Shown in pieces: positions 37,076 to 38,006 of a DNA stretch of 38,006 bases (position 1 is the first letter of the stretch; the number at the start of each line of letters is the position of its first letter). Position numbers and translations under genes: made by a program. The notes under the pieces are model-generated. The model saw only the letters and a program-made list of their open reading frames with translations, was not told the origin of the DNA and ran no database searches. This DNA is from Octopus bimaculoides (taxonomy: Eukaryota), in contig NC_068995.1 in assembly GCF_001194135.2 (NCBI RefSeq), positions 48,273,432 through 48,311,437 on the forward strand, read 5' to 3'.

Positions 37076-38006
37076 TTTTCACTGACGTCATTGAAGAAAC
37101 ATTTAATAACTTATCGAAAAGGAAACCATATATTATATATCCGATGACCTACTTATTAAATGACCTGTTTACAAATAGCTTGACCTATTTAACACTTGCT
37201 GAGTAAATAGTCTTATTTTATGGAATATTTCGATCCAGTCTATATTTACTTTAATATATGTTGTTATTTACACAAATTGACTCAATTTTCTGCTCTTCTT
37301 AATGCAATTAGTATTCATGGGAAGACAAAGATGATATTCTTTTGCTATCTAGAAGCGATGTGATAATATATCTAAAAATATTGTCTCATCATGTATATTT
37401 ATTATCAATTACGATATGGCTGGATGAATACTATAAATATCAACTCATTTAATGTATTTTATACTCTTTTAGAAATCTAATTCGCTGGTCTGTCTCTGTT
37501 TCACAATTATATCGCAACTTAGACATATTAACGAAATGTTAATTTTTCTTGAAAATTCCAGACGTAAAGGTGCAAATTATAACGTACTGAATTCAGTTAT
37601 GTTTATTCTCTCGTATTCTGAACATCATTTAACTTACTCTGTCCATAAATAATTAACATTTTACACATGTTACGCTAGCATTCGATTTACCGAAAAATAT
37701 AACAAAAGTTTCGACGTCTCAGTAACGTGTCGAGAGTTTTGCAAATAAGTGAAATTCCATAAGAAACACGAGTGCTAGATATGCAATCGTCAGAAAACGT
37801 CTTCAGTGGAGACAACCTGACATTGGTTGATGGATGTGTTTCGGTGTTGGATACGAAAATCAAGATTTTGTGGGTCTCTATATATGCATTTACGCACCTC
37901 GAACGAGTATATATGTATATGTGTATACATACTCATTTAAATGTAAACGTATAAATGCATATATATATATATGTATATATATATATGTACGTATGTATGT
38001 ATGTAT

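Overview
This is an AT-rich, microsatellite-saturated eukaryotic draft-genome window with many N gaps (largest 10181-10718, 29183-29966, 35063-35930). The repeat style and SINE types point to a coleoid cephalopod, most likely Octopus (inference). Nearly all long ORFs in the track are artefacts of simple repeats or gaps. Supportable content: (1) two decayed minus-strand 3' fragments of an R4/Dong-like non-LTR retrotransposon with a CCHC knuckle and restriction-like endonuclease (about 12559-13040 and 25244-26090); (2) about ten copies of three tRNA-derived SINE types; (3) a palindromic tail-to-tail pair of very short retroposon 3' ends (17054-17461); (4) a 21-bp minisatellite and several local duplications; (5) a candidate plus-strand host gene missed by the ORF track, with phase-compatible exons at 32363-32505, 33292-33362 and 33761-33801 and no recognised product; (6) a cluster of three CCAAT boxes at 30091-30226. 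I found no convincing new biological system. The best leads are the hidden spliced gene with a SINE-donated alternative splice donor, the palindrome, and the microsatellite-anchored R4-like insertions. All alignments and translations were done by eye.
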